Shown one piece after another: positions 1 through 15,000 of a stretch of 64,000 bases of DNA. The position numbers and the translations under genes are program-made. The stretch's first letter is position 1; each line of letters starts with the position of its first letter. Location: positions 169,880,001 to 169,944,000 of the forward strand of contig OZ024741.1 of assembly GCA_964016885.1 (NCBI GenBank), given 5' to 3'. Below the pieces are notes generated by a model. The model was not told where the DNA came from. It saw nothing but the letters and a program-made list of their open reading frames with translations, and searched no databases. Origin of the DNA: Eledone cirrhosa (Eukaryota).

Positions 1-3000
1 TATGTGTGTATAGGTGGAGGTGTATGTGTGTATCTGTGTGTGTGTATAGGTGGAGGTGTATGTCTATATCTGTGTGTGTGTATAGGTGGAGGTGTATGTG
101 TGTATCTGTATGTGTGTATAGGTGGAGGTGTATGTGTGTATCTGTCTGTATAGGTGGAGGTGTATGTGTGTATCTGTGTGTATGTATAGGTGGAGGTGTA
201 TGTGTGTATCTGTGTGTATAGGTGGAAGTGTATGTGTGTAGCTGTGTGTGTGTATAGGTGGAGGTGTATGTGTGTAGCTGTGTGTGTATAGGTGGAGGTG
301 TATGTGTGTAGCTGTGTATGTATAGGTGGAGGTGTATGTGTGTATCTGTGTGTATAGGTGGAAGTGTATGTGTGTAGCTGTGTGTGTGTATAGGTGGAGG
401 TGTATGTGTGTAGCTGTGTGTGTATAGGTGGAGGTGTATGTGTGTAGCTGTGTATGTATAGGTGGAGGTGTATGTGTGTATCTGTGTGTGTATAGCTGGA
501 GGTGTATTTGTGTAGCTGTGTGTGTATAGGTGGAGGTGTATGTGTGTATCTGTGTGTATGTATAGGTGGAGGTGTGTGTGTGTATATGTGTGTATGTATA
601 GGTGGAGGTATATGTGTGTATCTGTGTGTATGTATAGGTGGAGGTGTGTGTGTGTATATGTGTGTATGTATAGGTGGAGGTGTATGTGTGTATCTGTGTG
701 TATGTATAGGTGGAGGTGTATGTGTGTATATGTGTGTATGTATAGGTGGAGGTGTATGTGTGTATATGTGTGTATGTATAGGTGGAGGTGTATGTGTGTA
801 GCTGTGTGTGTATAGGTGGAGGTGTATGTGTGCAGCTGTGTGTATAGTTGGCGGTGTATGTGTGTAGCTGTGTGTGTGTGTATAGGTGGAGGTGTATGTG
901 TGTAGCTGTGTGTATAGGTGGCGGTGTATGTGTGTAGCTGTGTATGTATAGGTGGAGGTGTATGTGTGTAGCTGTGTGTGTATAGGTGCAGGTGTATGTG
1001 TGTATACATGGAGGTGTATGTGTGTATCTGTGTATGTATAGGTGGTGGTGTATGTGTGTATGTATAGGTGGAGGTGTATGTGTGTATCTGTGTGTATGTA
1101 TAGGTGGAGGTGTATGTGTGTATCTGTGTATGTATAGGTGGAGGTGTATGTGTGTATCTGTGTGTGTATAGGTGGAGGTGTATGTGTGTATCTGTGTATG
1201 TATAGGTGGAGGTGTATGTGTGTATCTGTGTATGTATAGGTGGAGCTGTATGTGTGTAGCTGTGTGTGTATAGGTGGAGGTGTATGTGTGTATCTGTGTG
1301 TATAGGTGGAGGTGTATGTGTCTATCTGTGTGTGTAGAGGTGGAGGTGTATGTGTGTATGTGTATATGTGTATAGGTGGAGGTGTATGTGTGTATCTGTG
1401 TGTGTATAGGTGGAGGTGTATGTGTGTAGCTGTGTGTATGTATAGGTGGAGGTGTATGTGTGTATCTGTGTGTGTATAGGTGGAGGTGTATATGTGTAGC
1501 TGTGTGTGTATAGGTGGAGATGTATGTGTGTATCTGTGTATATAGGTGGAGGTGTATGTGTGTATCTGTGTGTGTATAGGTGGAGGTGTATGTGTGTATG
1601 TGTATCTGTGTATAGGTGGAGGTGTATGTGTGTATCTGTGTGTGTATAGGTGGAGGTGTATGTGTGTAGCTGTGTCTGTATAGGTGGCGGTGTATGTGTG
1701 TATCTGTGTATGTATAGATGGAGGTGTATGTGTGTATCTGCGTGTGTATAGGTGGAGGTGTGTGTGTGTAGCTGTATGTATGTATAGGTGGAGGTGTATG
1801 TGTGTAGCTCTCTATGTATAGGTGGAGGTGTATGTGTGTTGCTGTGTGTGTATAGGTGGAAGTGTATGTGTGTAGCTGTGTGTGTGTATAGGTGGAGGTG
1901 TATGTGTGTATCTGTGTGTATAGGTGAAAGTGTATGTGTGTAGCTGTGTGTGTGTGTAGGTGGAGGTGTATGTGTGTAGCTGTGTGTGTATAGGTGGAGG
2001 TGTATGTGTGTAGCTGTGTATATATAGGTGGAGGTGTATGTGTGTATCTGTGTGTGTATAGGTGGAGGTGTATTTGTGTAGCTGTGTGTGTATAGGTGGA
2101 GGTGTATGTGTGTATCTGTGTGTATGTATAGGTGGAGGTGTGTGTGTGTATATGTGTGTATGTATAGGTGGAGGTATATGTGTGTATCTGTGTGTATGTA
2201 TAGGTGGAGGTGTATGTGTGTATCTGTGTGTATGTATAGGTGGAGGTGTGTGTGTGTATATGTGTGTATGTATAAGTGGAGGTGTATGTGTGTATCTGTG
2301 TGTATGTATAGGTGGAGGTGTATGTGTGTATATGTGTGTATGTATAGGTGCAGGTGTATGTGTGTATATGTGTGTATGTATAGGTGGAGGTGTATGTGTG
2401 TAGCTGTGTGTGTATAGGTGGAGGTGTATGTGTGCAGCTGTGTGTATAGGTGGCGGTGTATGTGTGTAGCTGTGTGTTTGTGTATAGGTGGAGGTGTATG
2501 TGTGTAGCTGTGTGTATAGGTGGCGGTGTATGTGTGTAGCTGTGTATGTATAGGTGGAGGTGTATGTGTGTGGCTGTGTGTGTATAGGTGGAGGTGTATG
2601 TGTGTATAGGTGGAGGTGTATGTGTGTATCTGTGTATGTATAGGTGGAGGTGTATGTGTGTATGTATAGGTGGAGGTGTATGTGTGTATCTGTGTGTGTG
2701 TATAGGTGGAGGTGTATGTCTATATCTGTGTGTGTGTATAGGTGGAGGTGTATGTGTGTATCTGTATGTGTGTATAGGTGGAGGTGTATGTGTGTATCTG
2801 TGTGTATAGGTGGAGGTGTATGTGTGTATCTGTGTGTATGTATAGGTGGAGGTGTATGTGTGTATCTGTGTGTGTATAGCTGGAGGTGTATTTGTGTAGC
2901 TGTGTGTGTATAGGTGGAGGTGTATGTGTGTATCTGTGTGTATTTATAGGTGGAGGTGTGTGTGTGTATATGTGTGTATGTATAGGTGGAGGTGTATGTG

Positions 3001-6000
3001 TGTATATGTGTGTATGTATAGGTGGAGGTGTATGTGTGTAGCTGTGTGTGTATAGGTGGAGGTGTATGTGTGCAGCTGTGTGTATAGTTGGCGGTGTATG
3101 TGTGTAGCTGTGTGTGTGTGTATAGGTGGAGGTGTATGTGTGTAGCTGTGTGTATAGGTGGCGGTGTATGTGTGTAGCTGTGTATGTATAGGTGGAGGTG
3201 TATGTGTGTAGCTGTGTGTGTATAGGTGGAGGTGTATGTGTGTATACATGGAGGTGTATGTGTGTATCTGTGTATGTATAGGTGGTGGTGTATGTGTGTA
3301 TGTATAGGTGGAGGTGTATGTGTGTATCTGTGTGTATGTATAGGTGGAGGTGTATGTGTGTATCTGTGTATGTATAGGTGGAGGTGTATGTGTGTATCTG
3401 TGTGTGTATAGGTGGAGGTGTATGTGTGTATCTGTGTATGTATAGGTGGAGGTGTATGTGTGTATGTGTGTATGTATAGGTGGAGCTGTATGTGTGTAGC
3501 TGTGTGTGTATAGGTGGAGGTGTATGTGTGTATCTGTGTGTATAGGTGGAGGTGTATGTGTCTATCTGTGTGTGTAGAGGTGGAGGTGTATGTGTGTATG
3601 TGTATATGTGTATAGGTGGAGGTGTATGTGTGTATCTGTGTGTGTATAGGTGGAGGTGTATGTGTGTAGCTGTGTGTATGTATAGGTGGAGGTGTATGTG
3701 TGTATCTGTGTGTGTATAGGTGGAGGTGTATGTGTGTAGCTGTGTGTGTATAGGTGGAGATGTATGTGTGTATCTGTGTATATAGGTGGAGGTGTATGTG
3801 CGTATCTGTGTGTGTATAGGTGGAGGTGTATGTGTGTATGTGTATCTGTGTATAGGTGGAGGTGTATGTGTGTATCTGTGTGTGTATAGGTGGAGGTGTA
3901 TGTGTGTAGCTGTGTCTGTATAGGTGGCGGTGTATGTGTGTATCTGTGTATGTATAGATGGAGGTGTATGTGTGTATCTGCGTGTGTATAGGTGGAGGTG
4001 TGTGTGTGTAGCTGTATGTATGTATAGGTGGAGGTGTATGTGTGTAGCTCTCTATGTATAGGTGGAGGTGTATGTGTGTTGCTGTGTGTGTATAGGTGGA
4101 AGTGTATGTGTGTAGCTGTGTGTGTGTATAGGTGGAGGTGTATGTGTGTATCTGTGTATGTATAGGTGGAGGTGTATGTGTGTATCTGTGTGTATAGGTG
4201 AAAGTGTATGTGTGTAGCTGTGTGTGTGTGTAGGTGGAGGTGTATGTGTGTAGCTGTGTGTGTATAGGTGGAGGTGTATGTGTGTAGCTGTGTATATATA
4301 GGTGGAGGTGTATGTGTGTATCTGTGTGTGTATAGGTGGAGGTGTATTTGTGTAGCTGTGTGTGTATAGGTGGAGGTGTATGTGTGTATCTGTGTGTATG
4401 TATAGGTGGAGGTGTGTGTGTGTATATGTGTGTATGTATAGGTGGAGGTATATGTGTGTATCTGTGTGTATGTATAGGTGGAGGTGTATGTGTGTATCGG
4501 TGTGTATGTATAGGTGGAGGTGTGTGTGTGTATATGTGTGTATGTATAAGTGGAGGTGTATGTGTGTATCTGTGTGTATGTATAGGTGGAGGTGTATGTG
4601 TGTATATGTGTGTATGTATAGGTGCAGGTGTATGTGTGTATATGTGTGTATGTATAGGTGGAGGTGTATGTGTGTAGCTGTGTGTGTATAGGTGGAGGTG
4701 TATGTGTGCAGCTGTGTGTATAGGTGGCGGTGTATGTGTGTAGCTGTGTGTTTGTGTATAGGTGGAGGTGTATGTGTGTAGCTGTGTGTATAGGTGGCGG
4801 TGTATGTGTGTAGCTGTGTATGTATAGGTGGAGGTGTATGTGTGTGGCTGTGTGTGTATAGGTGGAGGTGTATGTGTGTATAGGTGGAGGTGTATGTGTG
4901 TATCTGTGTATGTATAGGTGGAGGTGTATGTGTGTATGTATAGGTGGAGGTGTATGTGTGTATCTGTGTGTGTGTATAGGTGGAGGTGTATGTCTATATC
5001 TGTGTGTGTGTATAGGTGGAGGTGTATGTGTGTATCTGTATGTGTGTATAGGTGGAGGTGTATGTGTGTATCTGTGTGTATAGGTGGAGGTGTATGTGTG
5101 TATCTGTGTGTATGTATAGGTGGAGGTGTATGTGTGTATCTGTGTGTGTATAGCTGGAGGTGTATTTTTGTAGCTGTGTGTGTATAGGTGGAGGTGTATG
5201 TGTGTATCTGTGTGTATGTATAGGTGGAGGTGTGTGTGTGTATATGTGTGTATGTATAGGTGGAGGTATATGTGTGTATCTGTGTGTATGTATAGGTGGA
5301 GGTGTGTGTGTGTATATGTGTGTATGTATAGGTGGAGGTGTATGTGTGTATCTGTGTGTATGTATAGGTGGAGGTGTATGTGTGTATATGTGTGTATGTA
5401 TAAGTGGAGGTGTATGTGTGTATATGTGTGTATGTATAGGTGGAGGTGTATGTGTGTAGCTGTGTGTGTATAGGTGGAGGTGTATGTGTGCAGCTGTGTG
5501 TATAGTTGGCGGTGTATGTGTGTAGCTGTGTGTGTGTATAGGTGGAGGTGTATGTGTGTAGCTGTGTGTATAGGTGGCGGTGTATGTGTGTAGCTGTGTA
5601 TGTATAGGTGGAGGTGTATGTGTGTAGCTGTGTGTGTATAGGTGGAGGTGTATGTGTGTATAGATGGAGGTGTATGTGTGTATCTGTGTATGTATAGGTG
5701 GTGGTGTATGTGTGTATGTATAGGTGGAGGTGTATGTGTGTATCTGTGTGTATGTATAGGTGGAGGTGTATGTGTGTATCTGTGTATGTATAGGTGGAGG
5801 TGTATGTGTGTATCTGTGTGTGTATAGGTGGAGGTGTATGTGTGTATCTGTGTATGTATAGGTGGAGGTGTATGTGTGTATCTGTGTATGTATAGGTGGA
5901 GCTGTATGTGTGTAGCTGTGTGTGTATAGGTGGAGGTGTATGTGTGTATCTGTGTGTATGTATAGGTGGAGGCGTATGTGTGTATCTGTGTGTATGTATA

Positions 6001-9000
6001 GGTGGAGGTGTATGTGTGTATCTATGTGTGTATAGGTGGAGGTGTATGTGTCTATCTGTGTGTGTATAGGTGGAGGTGTATGTGTGTATGTGTATCTGTG
6101 TATAGGTGGAGGTGTATGTGTGTATCTGTGTGTGTATAGGTGGAGGTGTATGTGTGTAGCTGTGTGTATGTATAGGTGGAGGTGTATGTGTGTATCTGTG
6201 TGTGTATAGGTGGAGGTGTATGTGTGTAGCTGTGTGTTTATAGGTGGAGGTGTATGTGTGTATCTGTGTATATAGGTGGAGGTGTATGTGTGTATCTGTA
6301 TGTGTATAGGTGGAGGTGTATGTGTGTATGTGTATCTGTGTATAGGTGGAGGTGTATGTGTGTATCTGCGTGTGTATAGATGGAGGTGTGTGTGTGTAGC
6401 TGTATGTATGTATAGGTGGAGGTGTATGTGTGTAGCTCTGTATGTATAGGTGGAGGTGTATGTGTGTTGCTGTGTGTGTATAGGGGGAAGTGTATGTGTG
6501 TAGCTGTGTGTGTGTATAGGTGGAGGTGTATGTTTGTATCTGTGTATGTATAGGTGGAGGTGGATGTGTGTATCTGTGTGTATAGGTGGAAGTGTATGTG
6601 TGTAGCTGTGTGTGTGTATAGGTGGAGGTGTATGTGTGTAGCTGTGTGTGTATAGGTGGAGGTGTATGTGTGTAGCTGTGTATATATAGGTGGAGGTGTA
6701 TGTGTGTATCTGTGTGTGTATAGGTGGAGGTGTATTTGTGTAGCTGTGTGTGTATAGGTGGAGGTGTATGTGTGTATCTGTGGGTATGTATAGGTGGAGG
6801 TGTGTGTGTGTATATGTGTGTATGTATAGGTGGAGGTATATGTGTGTATCTGTGTGTATGTATAGGTGGAGGTGTACGTGTGTATCTGTGTGTATGTATA
6901 GGTGGAGGTGTGTGTGTGTATATGTGTGTATGTATAGGTGGAGGTGTATGTGTGTATCTGTGTGTATGTATAGGTGGAGGTGTATGTGTGTATATGTGTG
7001 TATGTATAGGTACAGGTGTATGTGTGTATATGTGTGTATGTATAGGTGGAGGTGTATGTGTGTAGCTGTGTGTGTATAGGTGGAGGTGTATGTGTGCAGC
7101 TGTGTGTATAGGTGGCGGTGTATGTGTGTAGCTGTGCGTTTGTGTATAGGTGGAGGTGTATGTGTGTAGCTGTGTGTATAGGTGGCGGTGTATGTGTGTA
7201 GCTGTGTATGTATAGGTGGAGGTGTATGTGTGTGGCTGTGTGTGTATAGGTGGAGGTGTATGTGTGTATAGGTGGAGGTGTATGTGTGTATCTGTGTATG
7301 TATAGGTGGAGGTGTATGTGTGTATGTATAGGTGGAGGTGTATGTGTGTATCTGTGTGTGTGTATAGGTGGAGGTGTATGTCTATATCTGTGTGTGTGTA
7401 TAGGTGGAGGTGTATGTGTGTATCTGTGTGTATAGGTGGAGGTGTATGTGTGTATCTGTGTGTATGTATAGGTGGAGGTGTATGTGTGTATCTGTGTGTA
7501 TGTATAGGTGGAGATGTATGTGTGTATCTGTGTATGTATAGGTGGAGGTGTATGTGTGTATCTGTGTGTGTATAGGTGGAGGTGTATGTGTGTATCTGTG
7601 TATGTATAGGTGGAGGTGTATGTGTGTATCTGTGTATGTTTAGGTGGAGCTGTATGTGTGTAGCTGTGTGTGTATAGGTGGAGGTGTATGTGTGTATAGG
7701 TGGAGGTGTATCTGTGTATCTGTGTATGTATAGGTGGAGGTGTATTTGTGTAGCTGTGTGTATAGGTGGCGGTGTATGTGTGTAGCTGTGTGTGTGTGTA
7801 TAGTTGGAGGTGTATGTGTGTAGCTGTGTGTATAGGTGGCGGTGTATGTGTGTAGCTGTGTATGTATAGGTGGAGGTGTATGTGTGTAGCTGTGTGTGTA
7901 TAGGTGGAGATGTATGTGTGTATCTGTGTATGTATGTGTGGATGTGTATGTGTGTATGTATAGGTGGAGGTGTATGTGTGTATCTGTGTATGTGTATAGG
8001 TGGAGGTGTATGTCTATATCTGTGTGTGTGTATAGGTGGAGGTGTATGTGTGTATCTGTATGTGTGTATAGGTGGAGGTGTATGTGTGTATCTGTGTGTA
8101 TAGGTGGAGGTGTATGTGTGTATCTGTGTGTATGTATAGGTGGAGGTGTATGTGTGTATCTGTGTGTATAGGTGGAGGTGTATGTGTGTAGCTGTGTGTG
8201 TGTATAGGTGGAGGTGTATGTGTGTAGCTGTGAGTGTATAGGTGGAGGTGTATGTGTGTATCTGTGTGTATAGGTGGAAGTGTATGTGTGTAGCTGTGTG
8301 TGTGTATAGGTGGAGGTGTATGTGTGTAGCTGTGTGTGTATAGGTGGAGGTGTATGTGTGTAGCTGTGTATGTATAGGTGGAGGTGTATGTGTGTATCTG
8401 TGTGTGTATAGGTGGAGGTGTATTTGTGTAGCTGTGTGTGTATAGGTGGAGGTGTATGTGTGTATCTGTGTGTATGTATAGGTGGAGGTGTGTGTGTGTA
8501 TATGTGTGTATGTATAGGTGGAGGTATATGTGTGTATCTGTGTGTATGTATAGGTGGAGGTGTATGTGTGTATCTGTGTGTATGTATAGGTGGAGGTGTG
8601 TGTGTGTATATGTGTGTATGTATAGGTGGAGGTGTATGTGTGTATCTGTGTGTATGTATAGGTGGAGGTGTATGTGTGTATATCTGTGTATGTATAGGTG
8701 CAGGTGTATGTCTATATCTGTGTGTGTGTATAAGTGGAGGTGTATGTGTGTATCTGTATGTGTGTATAGGTGGAGGTGTATGTGTGTATCTGTGTGTATA
8801 GGTGGAGGTGTATGTGTGTATCTGTGTGTATGTATAGGTGGAGGTGTATGTGTGTATCTGTGTGTATGTATAGGTGGAGGTGAATGTGTGTATCTGTGTA
8901 TGTATAGGTGGAGGTGTATGTGTGTATCTGTGTGTGTATAGGTGGAGGTGTATGTGTGTATGTGTATGTATAGGTGGAGGTGTATGTGTGTATCTGTGTA

Positions 9001-12000
9001 TGTATAGGTGGAGCTGTATGTGTGTAGCTGTGTGTGTATAGGTGGAGGTGTATGTGTGTATCTGTGTGTATGTATAGGTGGAGGTGTATGTGTGTAGCTG
9101 TGTGTGTATAGGTGGAGGTGTATGTGTGTATAGGTGGAGGTGTATGTGTGTATATGTGTGTGTATAGGTGGAGGTGTATGTGTGTACGTGTATCTGTGTA
9201 TAGGTGGAGGTGTATGTGTGTATCTGTGTGTGTATAGGTGGAGGTGTATGTGTGTAGCTGTGTGTATGTATAGGTGGAGGTGTATGTGTGTATCTGTGTA
9301 TGTATAGGTGGAGGTGTATGTGTGTATCTGTGTGTGTATAGGTGGAGGTGTATGTGTGTAGCTGTGTGTGTATAGGTGGAGGTGTATGTGTGTATCTGTG
9401 TGTATAGGTGGCGGTGTATGTGTGTAGCTGTGTATGTATAGGTGGAGGTGTATGTGTGTAGCTGTGTGTGTATAGGTGGAGGTGTATGTGTGTATAGGTG
9501 GAGGTGTATGTGTGTATCTGTGTATGTATAGGTGGAGGTGTATGTGTGTATGTATAGGTGGAGGTGTATGTGTGTATCTGTGTGTGTGTATAGGTGGAGG
9601 TGTATGTCTATATCTGTGTGTGTGTATAGGTGGAGGTGTATGTGTGTATCTGTATGTGTGTATAGGTGGAGGTGTATGTGTGTATGTGTGTATAGGTGGA
9701 GGTGTTTGTGTGTATCTGTGTGTATGTATAGGTGGAGGTGTATGTGTGTATCTGTGTGTATAGGTGGAAGTGTATGTGTGTAGCTGTGTGTGTGTATAGG
9801 TGGAGGTGTATGTGTGTAGCTGTGTGTGTATAGGTGGAGGTGTATGTGTGTAGCTGTGTATGTATAGGTGGAGGTGTATGTGTGTATCTGTGTGTATAGG
9901 TGGAAGTGTATGTGTGTAGCTGTGTGTGTGTATAGGTGGAGGTGTATGTGTGTAGCTGTGTGTGTATAGGTGGAGGTGTATGTGTGTAGCTGTGTATGTA
10001 TAGGTGGAGGTGTATGTGTGTATCTGTGTGTGTATAGCTGGAGGTGTATTTGTGTAGCTGTGTGTGTATAGGTGGAGGTGTATGTGTGTATCTGTGTGTA
10101 TGTATAGGTGGAGGTGTGTGTGTGTATATGTGTGTATGTATAGGTGGAGGTATATGTGTGTATCTGTGTGTATGTATAGGTGGAGGTGTGTGTGTGTATA
10201 TGTGTGTATGTATAGGTGGAGGTGTATGTGTGTATCTGTGTGTATGTATAGGTGGAGGTGTATGTGTGTATATGTGTGTATGTATAGGTGGAGGTGTATG
10301 TGTGTATATGTGTGTATGTATAGGTGGAGGTGTATGTGTGTAGCTGTGTGTGTATAGGTGGAGGTGTATGTGTGCAGCTGTGTGTATAGTTGGCGGTGTA
10401 TGTGTGTATCTGTGTGTGTGTGTATAGGTGGAGGTGTATGTGTTTAGCTGTGTGTATAGGTGGCGGTGTATGTGTGTAGCTGTGTATGTATAGGTGGAGG
10501 TGTATGTGTGTAGCTGTGTGTGTATAGGTGGACGTGTATGTGTTTATAGATGGAGGTGTATGTGTGTATCTGTGTATGTATAGGTGGTGGTGTATGTGTG
10601 TATGTATAGGTGGAGGTGTATGTGTGTATCTGTGTGTATGTATAGGTGGAGGTGTATGTGTGTATCTGTGTATTTATAGGTGGAGGTGTATGTGTGTATC
10701 TGTGTGTGTATAGGTGGAGGTGTATGTGTGTATCTGTGTATGTATAGGTGGAGGTGTATGTGTGTATCTGTGTATGTATAGGTGGAGCTGTATGTGTGTA
10801 GCTGTGTGTGTATAGGTGGAGGTGTATGTGTGTATCTGTGTGTATGTATAGGTGGAGGTGTATGTGTGTATCTGTGTGTATGTATAGGTGGAGGTGTATG
10901 TGTGTATCTGTGTGTGTATAGGTGGAGGTGTATGTGTGTATCTGTGTGTATAGGTGGAGGTGTATGTGTCTATCTGTGTGTGTATAGGTGGAGGTGTATG
11001 TGTGTATGTGTATCTGTGTATAGGTGGAGGTGTATGTGTGTATCTGTGTGTGTATAGGTGGAGGTGTATGTGTGTAGCTGTGTGTATGTATAGGTGGAGG
11101 TGTATGTGTGTATCTGTGTGTGTATAGGTGGAGGTGTATGTGTGTAGCTGTGTGTTTATAGGTGGAGGTGTATGTGTGTATCTGTGTATATAGGTGGAGG
11201 TGTATGTGTGTATCTGTATGTGTATAGGTGGAGGTGTATGTGTGTATGTGTATCTGTGTATAGGTGGAGGTGTATGTGTGTATCTGCGTGTGTATAGATG
11301 GAGGTGTGTGTGTGTAGCTGTATGTATGTATAGGTGGAGGTGTATGTGTGTAGCTCTGTATGTATAGGTGGAGGTGTATGTGTGTTGCTGTGTGTGTATA
11401 GGGGGAAGTGTATGTGTGTAGCTGTGTGTGTGTATAGGTGGAGGTGTATGTTTGTATCTGTGTATGTATAGGTGGAGGTGGATGTGTGTATCTGTGTGTA
11501 TAGGTGGAAGTGTATGTGTGTAGCTGTGTGTGTGTATAGGTGGAGGTGTATGTGTGTAGCTGTGTGTGTATAGGTGGAGGTGTATGTGTGTAGCTGTGTA
11601 TATATAGGTGGAGGTGTATGTGTGTATCTGTGTGTGTATAGGTGGAGGTGTATTTGTGTAGCTGTGTGTGTATAGGTGGAGGTGTATGTGTGTATCTGTG
11701 GGTATGTATAGGTGGAGGTGTGTGTGTGTATATGTGTGTATGTATAGGTGGAGGTATATGTGTGTATCTGTGTGTATGTATAGGTGGAGGTGTACGTGTG
11801 TATCTGTGTGTATGTATAGGTGGAGGTGTGTGTGTGTATATGTGTGTATGTATAGGTGGAGGTGTATGTGTGTATCTGTGTGTATGTATAGGTGGAGGTG
11901 TATGTGTGTATATGTGTGTATGTATAGGTACAGGTGTATGTGTGTATATGTGTGTATGTATAGGTGGAGGTGTATGTGTGTAGCTGTGTGTGTATAGGTG

Positions 12001-15000
12001 GAGGTGTATGTGTGCAGCTGTGTGTATAGGTGGCGGTGTATGTGTGTAGCTGTGCGTTTGTGTATAGGTGGAGGTGTATGTGTGTAGCTGTGTGTATAGG
12101 TGGCGGTGTATGTGTGTAGCTGTGTATGTATAGGTGGAGGTGTATGTGTGTGGCTGTGTGTGTATAGGTGGAGGTGTATGTGTGTATAGGTGGAGGTGTA
12201 TGTGTGTATCTGTGTATGTATAGGTGGAGGTGTATGTGTGTATGTATAGGTGGAGGTGTATGTGTGTATCTGTGTGTGTGTATAGGTGGAGGTGTATGTC
12301 TATATCTGTGTGTGTGTATAGGTGGAGGTGTATGTGTGTATCTGTGTGTATAGGTGGAGGTGTATGTGTGTATCTGTGTGTATGTATAGGTGGAGGTGTA
12401 TGTGTGTATCTGTGTGTATGTATAGGTGGAGATGTATGTGTGTATCTGTGTATGTATAGGTGGAGGTGTATGTGTGTATCTGTGTGTGTATAGGTGGAGG
12501 TGTATGTGTGTATCTGTGTATGTATAGGTGGAGGTGTATGTGTGTATCTGTGTATGTTTAGGTGGAGCTGTATGTGTGTAGCTGTGTGTGTATAGGTGGA
12601 GGTGTATGTGTGTATAGGTGGAGGTGTATCTGTGTATCTGTGTATGTATAGGTGGAGGTGTATTTGTGTAGCTGTGTGTATAGGTGGCGGTGTATGTGTG
12701 TAGCTGTGTGTGTGTGTATAGTTGGAGGTGTATGTGTGTAGCTGTGTGTATAGGTGGCGGTGTATGTGTGTAGCTGTGTATGTATAGGTGGAGGTGTATG
12801 TGTGTAGCTGTGTGTGTATAGGTGGAGATGTATGTGTGTATCTGTGTATGTATGTGTGGATGTGTATGTGTGTATGTATAGGTGGAGGTGTATGTGTGTA
12901 TCTGTGTATGTGTATAGGTGGAGGTGTATGTCTATATCTGTGTGTGTGTATAGGTGGAGGTGTATGTGTGTATCTGTATGTGTGTATAGGTGGAGGTGTA
13001 TGTGTGTATCTGTGTGTATAGGTGGAGGTGTATGTGTGTATCTGTGTGTATGTATAGGTGGAGGTGTATGTGTGTATCTGTGTGTATAGGTGGAGGTGTA
13101 TGTGTGTAGCTGTGTGTGTGTATAGGTGGAGGTGTATGTGTGTAGCTGTGAGTGTATAGGTGGAGGTGTATGTGTGTATCTGTGTGTATAGGTGGAAGTG
13201 TATGTGTGTAGCTGTGTGTGTGTATAGGTGGAGGTGTATGTGTGTAGCTGTGTGTGTATAGGTGGAGGTGTATGTGTGTAGCTGTGTATGTATAGGTGGA
13301 GGTGTATGTGTGTATCTGTGTGTGTATAGGTGGAGGTGTATTTGTGTAGCTGTGTGTGTATAGGTGGAGGTGTATGTGTGTATCTGTGTGTATGTATAGG
13401 TGGAGGTGTGTGTGTGTATATGTGTGTATGTATAGGTGGAGGTATATGTGTGTATCTGTGTGTATGTATAGGTGGAGGTGTATGTGTGTATCTGTGTGTA
13501 TGTATAGGTGGAGGTGTGTGTGTGTATATGTGTGTATGTATAGGTGGAGGTGTATGTGTGTATCTGTGTGTATGTATAGGTGGAGGTGTATGTGTGTATA
13601 TCTGTGTATGTATAGGTGCAGGTGTATGTCTATATCTGTGTGTGTGTATAGGTGGAGGTGTATGTGTGTATCTGTATGTGTGTATAGGTGGAGGTGTATG
13701 TGTGTATCTGTGTGTATAGGTGGAGGTGTATGTGTGTATCTGTGTGTATGTATAGGTGGAGGTGTATGTGTGTATCTGTGTGTATGTATAGGTGGAGGTG
13801 AATGTGTGTATCTGTGTATGTATAGGTGGAGGTGTATGTGTGTATCTGTGTGTGTATAGGTGGAGGTGTATGTGTGTATGTGTATGTATAGGTGGAGGTG
13901 TATGTGTGTATCTGTGTATGTATAGGTGGAGCTGTATGTGTGTAGCTGTGTGTGTATAGGTGGAGGTGTATGTGTGTATCTGTGTGTATGTATAGGTGGA
14001 GGTGTATGTGTGTAGCTGTGTGTGTATAGGTGGAGGTGTATGTGTGTATAGGTGGAGGTGTATGTGTGTATATGTGTGTGTATAGGTGGAGGTGTATGTG
14101 TGTACGTGTATCTGTGTATAGGTGGAGGTGTATGTGTGTATCTGTGTGTGTATAGGTGGAGGTGTATGTGTGTAGCTGTGTGTATGTATAGGTGGAGGTG
14201 TATGTGTGTATCTGTGTATGTATAGGTGGAGGTGTATGTGTGTATCTGTGTGTGTATAGGTGGAGGTGTATGTGTGTAGCTGTGTGTGTATAGGTGGAGG
14301 TGTATGTGTGTATCTGTGTGTATAGGTGGCGGTGTATGTGTGTAGCTGTGTATGTATAGGTGGAGGTGTATGTGTGTAGCTGTGTGTGTATAGGTGGAGG
14401 TGTATGTGTGTATAGGTGGAGGTGTATGTGTGTATCTGTGTATGTATAGGTGGAGGTGTATGTGTGTATGTATAGGTGGAGGTGTATGTGTGTATCTGTG
14501 TGTGTGTATAGGTGGAGGTGTATGTCTATATCTGTGTGTGTGTATAGGTGGAGGTGTATGTGTGTATCTGTATGTGTGTATAGGTGGAGGTGTATGTGTG
14601 TATGTGTGTATAGGTGGAGGTGTTTGTGTGTATCTGTGTGTATGTATAGGTGGAGGTGTATGTGTGTATCTGTGTGTATAGGTGGAAGTGTATGTGTGTA
14701 GCTGTGTGTGTGTATAGGTGGAGGTGTATGTGTGTAGCTGTGTGTGTATAGGTGGAGGTGTATGTGTGTAGCTGTGTATGTATAGGTGGAGGTGTATGTG
14801 TGTATCTGTGTGTATAGGTGGAAGTGTATGTGTGTAGCTGTGTGTGTGTATAGGTGGAGGTGTATGTGTGTAGCTGTGTGTGTATAGGTGGAGGTGTATG
14901 TGTGTAGCTGTGTATGTATAGGTGGAGGTGTATGTGTGTATCTGTGTGTGTATAGCTGGAGGTGTATTTGTGTAGCTGTGTGTGTATAGGTGGAGGTGTA